A stretch of DNA of 53,003 nucleotides from a virus. Its lineage: Duplodnaviria; Caudoviricetes. The stretch covers positions 1 to 53,003 of IMG/VR virus record IMGVR_UViG_3300010396_000052, one strand, 5' to 3'. Shown one piece after another: positions 18,293 to 26,640 of this stretch (positions within the stretch are counted from its first letter, which is position 1; every line of letters starts with the position of its first letter). The notes beneath the pieces were generated by a model that saw only the letters and a program-made list of their open reading frames with translations, was not told where the DNA came from and did not search any database. Position numbers and translations under genes: made by a program.

Positions 18293-18297
18293 AATTT

Positions 18298-18373
18298 GCG
18301 TTATAGCACGCGGGTCGTGCCGCCAGCCTTCCAAGCTGTGTAGATCAGGGTTCGATTCCCTAATGACGCTCCA
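18298..18373 (+). tRNA. tRNA-Gly(TCC), irregular
   Basis: GCG/CGC acceptor top, U73, CCA, anticodon loop CTTCCAA, T-loop TTCGATT; irregular D arm and junctions. Confidence 0.8.
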
Positions 18374-18377
18374 AACT

Positions 18378-18498
18378 TGCTCAGTCGGATATCTCACCCC
18401 GACTAGCACTAGGTAACGGAACCTAGAGTTAACCCGTCGGGACCGTGACTTTTCGCACCTTTTCAGAGCAAAAGCCTGCGCTTATTTGGTGAGATATG
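18378..18498 (+). ncRNA. Candidate cis-regulatory structured RNA (multi-hairpin, loop-RBS pseudoknot)
   Basis: Hairpin loop ATATCTCACC (18389-18398) is the exact complement of GGTGAGATAT (18488-18497), which covers the RBS and start of the next gene; further hairpins lie between. Confidence 0.6.
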
Positions 18499-19251
18499 TC
18501 TAAGCCTAAAGCTCATATAATAACAGCAACCCCCACTTATACTGGGGATGTCTGCTGCGATTACGCAAACTGCCTCTCTCTGGCTGGAATGCACTGTATT
18601 TTACGCAACGTGTGGATCGAGCCTCGCTTCGCAGCTGGGTTCTCCCTTGTAGAGTACGCCCGAAATTGGCTGGTAGCTGAGTTCCTTCAGAATAAGGCAG
18701 CAACCCACCTATTTTGGATAGATTCCGACCTCTTCTTCCAACCAGATGCCGTCTATAAGATGGTTGCGAGAGGAAAAGATGTAATTGCTGGTGTTTACTC
18801 AACTAAACACGAGACTAGCCCAGTATTCCCCTATACCGCACTCGGTCCAGTAGTGGACGGATTGCAGGAAGCTGAGAGGGTCCCCGGTGGATTCCTCTGT
18901 ATGACTAGGAAAGCCGTTGAAAAGGTCGTTTCGACCTGTGAATGGCACGAGATCGACCACAACGGGGAGCAACGAATGTCTCCGAGGTTCTTCGATTTGC
19001 GATTAGATGGGAAACACTTAGTCGGTGAAGACTACATAGCCTCCGAGCGGCTTCGGAAGGCTGGTTTCAAGATCTACGTTGAAACAGATATTTCTTTCAA
19101 GCATTATGGCCGCAAGGCTTGGAATGCGAATCTAGCTAAGACTCTCCAAAAAGAGAAAGAGCAGGGATTCGAGGGCCAAGGCAGCGATACCGCTTGGGAG
19201 AAAAATGCAAAAGTGGCAGAGAATCCTGCCTTACTTGATAAACTTTACTAG
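18496..19251 (+). CDS. GT-A fold glycosyltransferase 2 (paralogue of 16996-17682)
   Basis: ITATPTY.GDVC.D, ARN, THLFWIDSD, GEDY, HYG. Confidence 0.85.
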   Translation: MSKPKAHIITATPTYTGDVCCDYANCLSLAGMHCILRNVWIEPRFAAGFSLVEYARNWLVAEFLQNKAATHLFWIDSDLFFQPDAVYKMVARGKDVIAGVYSTKHETSPVFPYTALGPVVDGLQEAERVPGGFLCMTRKAVEKVVSTCEWHEIDHNGEQRMSPRFFDLRLDGKHLVGEDYIASERLRKAGFKIYVETDISFKHYGRKAWNANLAKTLQKEKEQGFEGQGSDTAWEKNAKVAENPALLDKLY

Positions 19252-19269
19252 AAGGTAAAATAAAGACAA

Positions 19270-19698
19270 ATGGCTTCTTTTAATAAGTTCCAGATCTTTG
19301 TGCAGAACCTCGCAAACGGTGTGCACAACTTAGGTTCGGACTCTCTGAAGATCGCGCTTACGAATACTGCTCCGACCGCTACCAATACTATTTTCTCGAA
19401 TATTACCGAGATCGCGGCTGGTAACGGATATACGGCCGGCGGTGCAACTGTTACCGTCACTACGTCTACGGAGACTTCGGGCACCTACAGCCTCATCGGC
19501 TCCGCTGCGAATCCGACGTGGACTGCATCTGGCTCGGTTGGTCCGTTCCGATATGTGGTTCTCTACGATTCAACTCCCACTACTCCGCTTAAGCCTTTGA
19601 TTGGGTATTGGGACTACGGCTCAAATCTCACCCTCTCGACTGGTAACACCTTCACGGTTGCTTTCGACGCTGTAAACGGCATTATTCAGATTAGTTAA
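19270..19698 (+). CDS. Conserved small virion structural protein
   Basis: LKIALTN...EI.AGNGYTAGG...TWTA...FRYVVLY...LIGYWDYG pattern typical of phage fibre/collar subunits. Confidence 0.7.
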   Translation: MASFNKFQIFVQNLANGVHNLGSDSLKIALTNTAPTATNTIFSNITEIAAGNGYTAGGATVTVTTSTETSGTYSLIGSAANPTWTASGSVGPFRYVVLYDSTPTTPLKPLIGYWDYGSNLTLSTGNTFTVAFDAVNGIIQIS

Positions 19699-19710
19699 GG
19701 CCATATATAA

Positions 19711-19887
19711 ATGGCCGCCAGTAACTTTCTTATAGTTGCTGCGCCTACTCTAGTAAATGTCGTAGGTGCGAAATCGACAAGCGACCTACAGCTTGATGCT
19801 GCTAAGGGCGCAGTTGGACTCGCTGGAAAGACTGTTGTCTTCCCGGTTAAGATTCCGGCTGCGCCCTTAAATTTTAGAGTTGGATAA
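19711..19887 (+). CDS. Small structural protein (58 aa, not in ORF track)
   Basis: MAASNFLIVAAPTLVNVVGAKSTSDLQLDAAKGAVGLAGKTVVFPVKIPAAPLNFRVG fills the gap exactly. Confidence 0.6.
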   Translation: MAASNFLIVAAPTLVNVVGAKSTSDLQLDAAKGAVGLAGKTVVFPVKIPAAPLNFRVG

Positions 19888-21084
19888 ATGGCCCATCGGA
19901 TCAATATAGGATTTGGTGTGACCCCGCTTACATTGCAAACCTCTCCCGGAAAATTCTGGACAGCTGGTCTAGGAACTCCGGGCGGTAGTCAGGGGTCGGG
20001 GTTCAATCCAGTTCCCGGAGTGACCTTTACAGGTAATTTCGCGGATGGCCAGACGATGACTATTAATCTCTTAGGTGGAGGTTTAGGAGCCAGAATTAAT
20101 CCTTTACCTTTAGTTTATTATCCTTTTGAGACAGATTTTTCGACACACCCAACTCTTTCTAGAACCGCGAACACAATGATCGGTTCTACACCGAATACTA
20201 AAATTCAATCGACTATTATGCCGGCGAACGCCGCTGGATCCGTGGCATATATTCCTGTGTCGGGAGTCAATCCTAAGAGTTCTGCGTTTAGCGCCAACGG
20301 CTCAACAGGTCAACCTCTTTGTGACCTGAATTCTACTGGTGCTGGTTTTACTATGTACTCATTCCAAAAGCGGTACTACGGCTTCGCCAGCAATCCCAAT
20401 AATGACAAGATGTTTCGTATCTGGGAGATCCCTTCCTCAGGCGGCTATCCGAACTGCTATTTCGGATTTCTGTCTGTAAGCGGCCATATTGGAAACGTGG
20501 AGAATGACCAAGGTACGGATCGTGCAAACTTAGGGGGAGGCGGAGTTGTAGGCGGGAATAGTAATAATTGCGGTCCTATGCCGGGTCCTGAAATAAATAC
20601 TTGGCACACAGATGAATTTTATGGACGGGAGGCTACGGTAGATACCATAGATGGTATCTGGAATTGGGCCAGACAAGGTTCTTTTGCGTACGCACTCGCG
20701 GGACGATGGACGATGAATTCTACTACAGTGCTGGGCGTCAGCGGTCAGTCACAAAACAATAATTGCTTCCGGGGTTGTTTTCTGGATGAGGTAACTAATA
20801 GTCCTCCGGACGGTATAAGCGATACAGGTTATACTGGAATAACAGTTGTTGATGACTCATGGCTGCAGCTGATTATTACAGATGAGGCTGGCACATATAG
20901 TTGGGGACAGTCTGGTACGCCACAGGCGGTCGTTGCTAGTCGCGAGTGGCAGCCCCAATTATCGCGTAGTGATACTTCCATAAAATTCAAGGTTAGACAA
21001 GGCTCCCATACTAGTTTAGTCGGGAAGAGTCTTATTGCTATCACTGGATATGGTACTAGTGTGAATTTAGGAGTGGGCTTTTAG
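19888..21084 (+). CDS. Putative receptor/glycan-binding virion protein A
   Basis: Trp/Gly/Asn-rich, jelly-roll-like; paralogous to the next gene. Confidence 0.65.
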   Translation: MAHRINIGFGVTPLTLQTSPGKFWTAGLGTPGGSQGSGFNPVPGVTFTGNFADGQTMTINLLGGGLGARINPLPLVYYPFETDFSTHPTLSRTANTMIGSTPNTKIQSTIMPANAAGSVAYIPVSGVNPKSSAFSANGSTGQPLCDLNSTGAGFTMYSFQKRYYGFASNPNNDKMFRIWEIPSSGGYPNCYFGFLSVSGHIGNVENDQGTDRANLGGGGVVGGNSNNCGPMPGPEINTWHTDEFYGREATVDTIDGIWNWARQGSFAYALAGRWTMNSTTVLGVSGQSQNNNCFRGCFLDEVTNSPPDGISDTGYTGITVVDDSWLQLIITDEAGTYSWGQSGTPQAVVASREWQPQLSRSDTSIKFKVRQGSHTSLVGKSLIAITGYGTSVNLGVGF

Positions 21085-22251
21085 TTGGCTCATAAACTAA
21101 ACGTTGGCTTTGCATTGGTCCCTACAACTCTCCAAGCTTCTGTGGGAAAAGTGTGGACTTATGGATCGTCTACCGCTGGAAATAATAATGGCGGATTTGC
21201 CCCAAATTCCAACCTTAGCATAACTGCTAGTGGAAATTTTGCAAACGGCCAGACCATGACTGTTAATCTGCCGGGAGGAGGGTTGGGAGCCCGCAGTCAG
21301 GCTAAGCCTCTGTATTACTTTCCGATGGGCGAAGATGGTACTACGCACACCCATACCGACAATACTATTAGCCGAACCAATGCTACGTTAACTCCCTTTA
21401 ACGCTAATACCTTTATCCAAAATACAGTAACACCTGTGAATGCTTTAGGAGCTTGCACAGCTACTCCTCAAGCGGGTATAGGAAATCCAGCCCAAGCATT
21501 CCAAAGCCCCGGTCAACCTTGGTTCACTTTAGCCCCTAATCCGGATAATGGATTGAACCAAGCGTACGTTTGGAGCAAACGAGCCCAGTTTTTCGCAGCC
21601 CAGCCTGATAACGTTAAGTTCCCTAGGTGGTGGCCTGCTAGCATAGGAAGCCTGCCTGACGCATTTATCGGATATGTAGGGACTCCGTCTTTCGAGTTCG
21701 TCATTAAATCCGCGAGTGGAGACGCCGGTAATATCCACCAAACAGGTATAGCAGATACTTTCTGGCCGTGCCCATCTACCTTAAATACTTGGTTCACCGA
21801 TGAACAATGGTGGCAAGAAGGTACAACGGATAATATCGACGGCATCATAAACGCTGCCCGTAATTCTGGAATGGCTGTGCCTTGGGCTGGTAGGTGGGAA
21901 ATGGGGACAACCGCCAATCCGGGTCCTATGCACAATTTGGTCTTGGATGAATATAGTTCTGGAGCTACCGGGAGTCCTAATGGAACTACTGATAGACTCT
22001 ATTATGGGGCTATGTTCGTGGATGATAGTCCTCTACAGCTTGTGATTACTGATGAAGGTGGGACTTTCCAAACAGCTTTATGGTCCGGCGCCGCTGCGAG
22101 CCATAATAGAGAAATACAATTGCAAATATCGCGTTCCGACACATCTGTAACTTTTAGAGTTCGTCAGGGTAGCCACGGGTCCTTGACTGGTAAGCATTTG
22201 CTAGCCTATACTGGCTATGGGACTGCTATTGATTTAGGAGTTGGGACGTAA
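21085..22251 (+). CDS. Putative receptor/glycan-binding virion protein B
   Basis: Shares GNFAxGQTMTxNLxGGGLGAR, NTWxTDE, VDDSxLQLxITDE and SRSDTSxxFxVRQGSH with protein A. Confidence 0.65.
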   Translation: MAHKLNVGFALVPTTLQASVGKVWTYGSSTAGNNNGGFAPNSNLSITASGNFANGQTMTVNLPGGGLGARSQAKPLYYFPMGEDGTTHTHTDNTISRTNATLTPFNANTFIQNTVTPVNALGACTATPQAGIGNPAQAFQSPGQPWFTLAPNPDNGLNQAYVWSKRAQFFAAQPDNVKFPRWWPASIGSLPDAFIGYVGTPSFEFVIKSASGDAGNIHQTGIADTFWPCPSTLNTWFTDEQWWQEGTTDNIDGIINAARNSGMAVPWAGRWEMGTTANPGPMHNLVLDEYSSGATGSPNGTTDRLYYGAMFVDDSPLQLVITDEGGTFQTALWSGAAASHNREIQLQISRSDTSVTFRVRQGSHGSLTGKHLLAYTGYGTAIDLGVGT

Positions 22252-22253
22252 TT

Positions 22254-22616
22254 ATGGCTCCAACGAATCTATTCGGACGAAAAAAGTACGACGTTGCGTC
22301 CACTATAGTTAATGTGCCGAACGGCGCTAGCATCGCACGCATAAGTTTTTCTAGACATTGTACTGCTAGTCCTACTGGATGGAATGACCCCAAAGATGAA
22401 TTGACTTGGAAAGTAGAACAGTTCTCGAATAATGCATGGATACTTTTGGGATCATCCACCACGATGGGTGGGATTATAACTGAGCCCACGGGAGAAGAAA
22501 ATACAATTAGTTGGGACGAGACTCCGCTACTTCCGGGCGGTGATCGAAGACTAAGAATTAGTCTCCGTCCTAATGGTATGCCTGTTGATACCGAAGGCTT
22601 TATTGAATGGCTTTAG
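22254..22616 (+). CDS. Hypothetical protein
   Basis: ORF in the structural operon with a GGAG RBS. Confidence 0.6.
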   Translation: MAPTNLFGRKKYDVASTIVNVPNGASIARISFSRHCTASPTGWNDPKDELTWKVEQFSNNAWILLGSSTTMGGIITEPTGEENTISWDETPLLPGGDRRLRISLRPNGMPVDTEGFIEWL

Positions 22617-24094
22617 TACAATCAGCCTTTAAATCTGCTGGAGCAGTAACCAGCTCGACGCTAGCTTTCCCGAGTGCAGTTGTCGGCGGGCACGCCAAAT
22701 TTTGCATATTATTTATTGGGCAAGGCACAGCTACTGCAGCAGCTTCTGATAATTTAGATGGCTCGTATTCAGTTGATGTTTCATTAGTTGCTAGTAGCAC
22801 CGAAGCTGCTATTGCCTCAAAGCTTAATGCAACTGCTGGTTCAACTACTGTAACTGCTACTCAAACTAGCGGCGCGGGGCAGTTGCGCTTCATTATTGCT
22901 GAGCGCGATGATATCGCCACTTCAGCAGCATTAGACCAGACTGCCAGCGCTACTAACACTTTCGCTTCCGTATTTCAATGTGGTACTACAGCTACTACTA
23001 CTTTCGCCAGCGAAATAGGCATAGTTGCAGCTTTATTCAATGCTTCTCCCGCCGCAGTAACGCCGTCGTCCGGTTGGACCATTGATCCTACTAGTAATAC
23101 TAAAGTTTGGGCAGCTTATCAGACCTTTACTAGCACAGGTGCCCAGACAGCCTCGTTTACGATTACTCCACCGCCCAGTACAGTAGCCGGTCCCGGAGTT
23201 ATCGCCACTTATAAGTCTATATCAGCTACTCCTCCCACACTTACCGCCGGGGTGGGTACTTTCGCTTTATCAGGCGAGATTGCTACTCTTTCAACAAGTA
23301 ATGGGTCTTTTAGCCTGCCGCTGGCTGTAGGCAGTTTCTCCTTTGTCGGGGAAAGCGTCACCCTAATACAGACGGGCAGTTTCACTATAGTCGCCCAGCC
23401 GGGATCTTTCGATTTAATCGGAGGTTTGGGAAATAGTGATTACGCAATTGATGCGTCAGTAACTTCTTTCGCACTATTTGGTCCTCCGGTAACTCTAACT
23501 GGCCCCAGTGGTACTGTATTCTCTCTTACTACGTCTCCGGGACTTTTTGGAGTCTCTGGTTTTAGCTCGACAGGCTCTCAGAGCATACAGTTCTCCTTAG
23601 TCCTCCTCGGGCAAACTTACAGCACTTTAGGGTTCGATATCTCAGGATCGCTGCAAAGCGGCCAATGTGTAGGGGGCATCCCGCTTCCGGGACAGTTACT
23701 CAACATAGAAATCATTACCGATGCTTTCCAGAAGATTGGTATTGTGGACGAGACTTCCGTACCGTCCGCGGAACAAGGAGCTAACGGACTGCGAATCCTA
23801 AATGATTACTTACTTAATCAAGCAGCGGACGGCCTTCGCCTTGGGTGGTTTAAGCAGACAGATCTTTCAGCTATAGCGCCCCTTAGGCAAGAAGATGTAT
23901 TTGGAGTCAAATTGCTTCTGGCTAGACAGTTAGCTACTCACTACGGCATAACTGTTCAGGATCCAATTCTTCTTCAGAATATGGAAGAAGCAGAACGTAT
24001 GCTGACTAAGCGCTCTCTGGCTTACTTCGAGAGTGATCTATCTGAACTCTCGCGGCCGCAAGGCGGACCGTGGGGCGGCCCAAACTGGTTCTAA
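22607..24094 (+). CDS. P22 gp4-like head-tail adaptor fused to an N-terminal beta domain and repeats
   Basis: C-terminal ~130 aa IITDAFQKIGI...GLRILND...LRLGW...LARQLATHYG match the gp4-like pattern. Confidence 0.7.
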   Translation: MALVQSAFKSAGAVTSSTLAFPSAVVGGHAKFCILFIGQGTATAAASDNLDGSYSVDVSLVASSTEAAIASKLNATAGSTTVTATQTSGAGQLRFIIAERDDIATSAALDQTASATNTFASVFQCGTTATTTFASEIGIVAALFNASPAAVTPSSGWTIDPTSNTKVWAAYQTFTSTGAQTASFTITPPPSTVAGPGVIATYKSISATPPTLTAGVGTFALSGEIATLSTSNGSFSLPLAVGSFSFVGESVTLIQTGSFTIVAQPGSFDLIGGLGNSDYAIDASVTSFALFGPPVTLTGPSGTVFSLTTSPGLFGVSGFSSTGSQSIQFSLVLLGQTYSTLGFDISGSLQSGQCVGGIPLPGQLLNIEIITDAFQKIGIVDETSVPSAEQGANGLRILNDYLLNQAADGLRLGWFKQTDLSAIAPLRQEDVFGVKLLLARQLATHYGITVQDPILLQNMEEAERMLTKRSLAYFESDLSELSRPQGGPWGGPNWF

Positions 24095-25189
24095 ATGCCT
24101 CGTAGACTTAATATCAATTTCGGCGGCGCTCCGATTACCTTTCAGGCTTCAGTCGGCAGATCGTGGGTACAAGGCGCTCCTCAAGCCCTTTCTACTACTC
24201 AACCCGCTAGTGCTTGTAATCTAGCTACCCCGCTGCACACAGTTACTGCTAATAATGGTGGGGCTCACGCTTTCGATTACTTTGGCCCCTTTACAGGAGT
24301 CCAAGGACCAACTGCGAAGTACACAGTCCAGATTGATGACTGGGGTCCCATTACCGGACCGTTGACTCTCAACTGTAACGACCATACTTGCTGGAATTCT
24401 ATCATTACCCTGACTTCAGATCAGGGAACTAGTTGCTATCCTGACGTTACTCGTGGTTGGACTTTCAATAGTCAAATCATGTTGGACAACTCCACGTCTG
24501 GTAATAACTGGACTACCCTATCAGGGATGGGAGTTCAAGTTTCAGCGCTGACTAAGTGCCACATTAAGTGGGGCATGACAGTTCCTACAGCGGTTAATAC
24601 TAATAATAAAGTCCACCGCTGGGATGCCTTAATAGACACTTATCTGCACAATACACAGACTCCGAGTGCTGCTACTAATCCTATTACTGATATCCAGATT
24701 ATGCAGACTCTATCCGACCAGCCTTTGGCCGGCCAGCCTGCGAACCAGTCCGGATTCTGGGCATCCTCTCTAGCCACTTCTCATGGTTTCCTAAAGACCA
24801 TTGGAGGAGTCCAATACGCTATGGCAATTGATATGTCAGGGACTTCAAGTTTCGTTGCCGCGGGTGGGCATGTTATGACCTTATTCCCAACGCCCACCAG
24901 CTGGAGTTCTAGTAGTGGCATTAGTGGAACCTTCTGGGGTCAACAGAATCTAGTCCACGATATGGACCAGATCATTGCGTACTTCAATTCTTCTAACCCT
25001 ACGGACGATAATGGCACTCCTATTAAGAACGCAGCGGGAACCACGATTACTAGTCCGTTAATTGCTTCTACTCAGTTCCTTACGGCTGTGAACGCTGGAT
25101 ATGAATTAGACTTCGGATCGGCCGGCAACTTTACTTGGACCACCAATAGTTTTGGTGTAGCCATGCAGAATGAGCCCGATAACTTTTGA
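24095..25189 (+). CDS. Virion protein C with a glycoside hydrolase family 12-like domain
   Basis: YTVQIDDWG, SCYP...GW, DALIDTY, TIGG and LTAVNAGYE occur in GH12 motif order. Confidence 0.55.
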   Translation: MPRRLNINFGGAPITFQASVGRSWVQGAPQALSTTQPASACNLATPLHTVTANNGGAHAFDYFGPFTGVQGPTAKYTVQIDDWGPITGPLTLNCNDHTCWNSIITLTSDQGTSCYPDVTRGWTFNSQIMLDNSTSGNNWTTLSGMGVQVSALTKCHIKWGMTVPTAVNTNNKVHRWDALIDTYLHNTQTPSAATNPITDIQIMQTLSDQPLAGQPANQSGFWASSLATSHGFLKTIGGVQYAMAIDMSGTSSFVAAGGHVMTLFPTPTSWSSSSGISGTFWGQQNLVHDMDQIIAYFNSSNPTDDNGTPIKNAAGTTITSPLIASTQFLTAVNAGYELDFGSAGNFTWTTNSFGVAMQNEPDNF

Positions 25190-26640
25190 AAAAGCAAATT
25201 AAATTAGCCCTACCCACCGGCTCTTATCAGACTAGAGATCCTAGGGCTAGTTCTAAGCGTTTGATTAATGCCTTTAGCGAGATCCAGCCGCAAACCGCGA
25301 TGATGGATCTCAAGCAGATTATGCCGCCGATCACCATTCGTAGGATGGCCGGCATTACTGAATTTTGTGACGATGGTACAGGTAATCCCCTTCGCGGTAT
25401 TTGGGAAATGGCTGGCAATGTGTACGTTGTTATTGGACCTACCTTATACTACGTTACTCCCTCTGGGACTCTACAACAGGTAGGTACAGGCATAACTGGA
25501 ACCAGCTTTGTCCGCATGTCGGACAATACAGCTTGCTTATTTATACTAGTACCCAACAGTTCATCGGCATGGGTTTACACGGCTCAAAATGGATTCTCAC
25601 AATTCACCGATCCTACGTTCTTACAGAACGGGGCCATAGATGTTTGGTTCCTAGATTCCTATTTCGTCTTCTTAGCCCTCACAGGTAGAACATTTTATAA
25701 CGACGACGGCCAAGTTGTCTCGGGGCAAGGATATCCCACGTTCGTCTCCGGCGCTGAGTTCCCTAGAGAATTCGGCACCGATCCTTTTGTAGGATTCTGT
25801 ATAGACCACAGAGAGGCGCTATTCTTCGGTAGGTATACTTCGGAGGGATTCGTTAATGCCGGGAATCCTGCCTTTAGCCCTTTCGGTAGTGCTCCTGATA
25901 GTTTTATGCAGATTGGTTGCCATCCCGATTGCGCCTATACAATTGCGCTCCAAGACCAGTCCGTATTCTGGGTAGCAAACGACAGAACAGTGCGCAGGCG
26001 CAACGGACAGACCCCAATGCGAGTATCGAATTCGGGCATCGAGTCTTTATTAGAGACCGCTGATCTAACAGGTTCCTACGCTCTATGTCCTACGATTGCC
26101 GGCCACGCCTTATGGGTGCTCACAATGCCGCAAGAAGGCAAGAGTATCGCCTACGATTGCCTAACCACCGAGTGGTTTGAGCTTTCTAGTTTTAAACTAG
26201 GATACTGGAGACCACTAGCCTACAAGAACGTGCTGGGTAAGCAATTTGTGGGGGATTCTAAGTCCGGTAAATTAGGGTTCCTAGATACCACGGTGTTCAC
26301 TGAATTTGGGGAAACGATAGCTACCGAGTTTGAGACCCAATCCGTATATGAAGACCACAACCGCATTACTCATAGAAGGGTAGAAGTTGTTATGACTGCC
26401 GGTAGTGGTTCTGATTTAACCACCCCTACTAGAATTACGTTGCTTAGTTCGGATGATTCTGGAGTCACTTTCAGGGCTAATGCGCCTAAAGATTTAGGCT
26501 TACCGGGAGAACGAGTGACTAGGGCTGTATGGACAAACTTAGGGCAGAGCAGAGATCGAGTCTACAAGGTCGAAATCAGCGATCCCAGCGTCTTGTTCGC
26601 AGTAGATATAACGGCTGAGATAGATGTCAATTATCACTAA
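25186..26640 (+). CDS. Tail hub / DNA stabilisation protein, P22 gp10-like
   Basis: Size and position; beta-propeller-like repeats, YDxxTxEW, SDDSGVTF...WTNLGQSRDRVY. Confidence 0.82.
   Translation: MKKQIKLALPTGSYQTRDPRASSKRLINAFSEIQPQTAMMDLKQIMPPITIRRMAGITEFCDDGTGNPLRGIWEMAGNVYVVIGPTLYYVTPSGTLQQVGTGITGTSFVRMSDNTACLFILVPNSSSAWVYTAQNGFSQFTDPTFLQNGAIDVWFLDSYFVFLALTGRTFYNDDGQVVSGQGYPTFVSGAEFPREFGTDPFVGFCIDHREALFFGRYTSEGFVNAGNPAFSPFGSAPDSFMQIGCHPDCAYTIALQDQSVFWVANDRTVRRRNGQTPMRVSNSGIESLLETADLTGSYALCPTIAGHALWVLTMPQEGKSIAYDCLTTEWFELSSFKLGYWRPLAYKNVLGKQFVGDSKSGKLGFLDTTVFTEFGETIATEFETQSVYEDHNRITHRRVEVVMTAGSGSDLTTPTRITLLSSDDSGVTFRANAPKDLGLPGERVTRAVWTNLGQSRDRVYKVEISDPSVLFAVDITAEIDVNYH

Noticed and set aside
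18215-18373. Suppressor tRNAs or genetic-code reassignment
   Set aside because: Anticodons are CGG and TCC, and conserved genes read through in the standard code with TAA, TAG and TGA all used as stops.
18374-18480. tRNA-associated HDV-like (theta) ribozyme or a third tRNA after tRNA-Gly
   Set aside because: I could not build the nested P1/P2/P3/P1.1 HDV topology or a cloverleaf with T-loop and CCA; kept as an unknown structured RNA.
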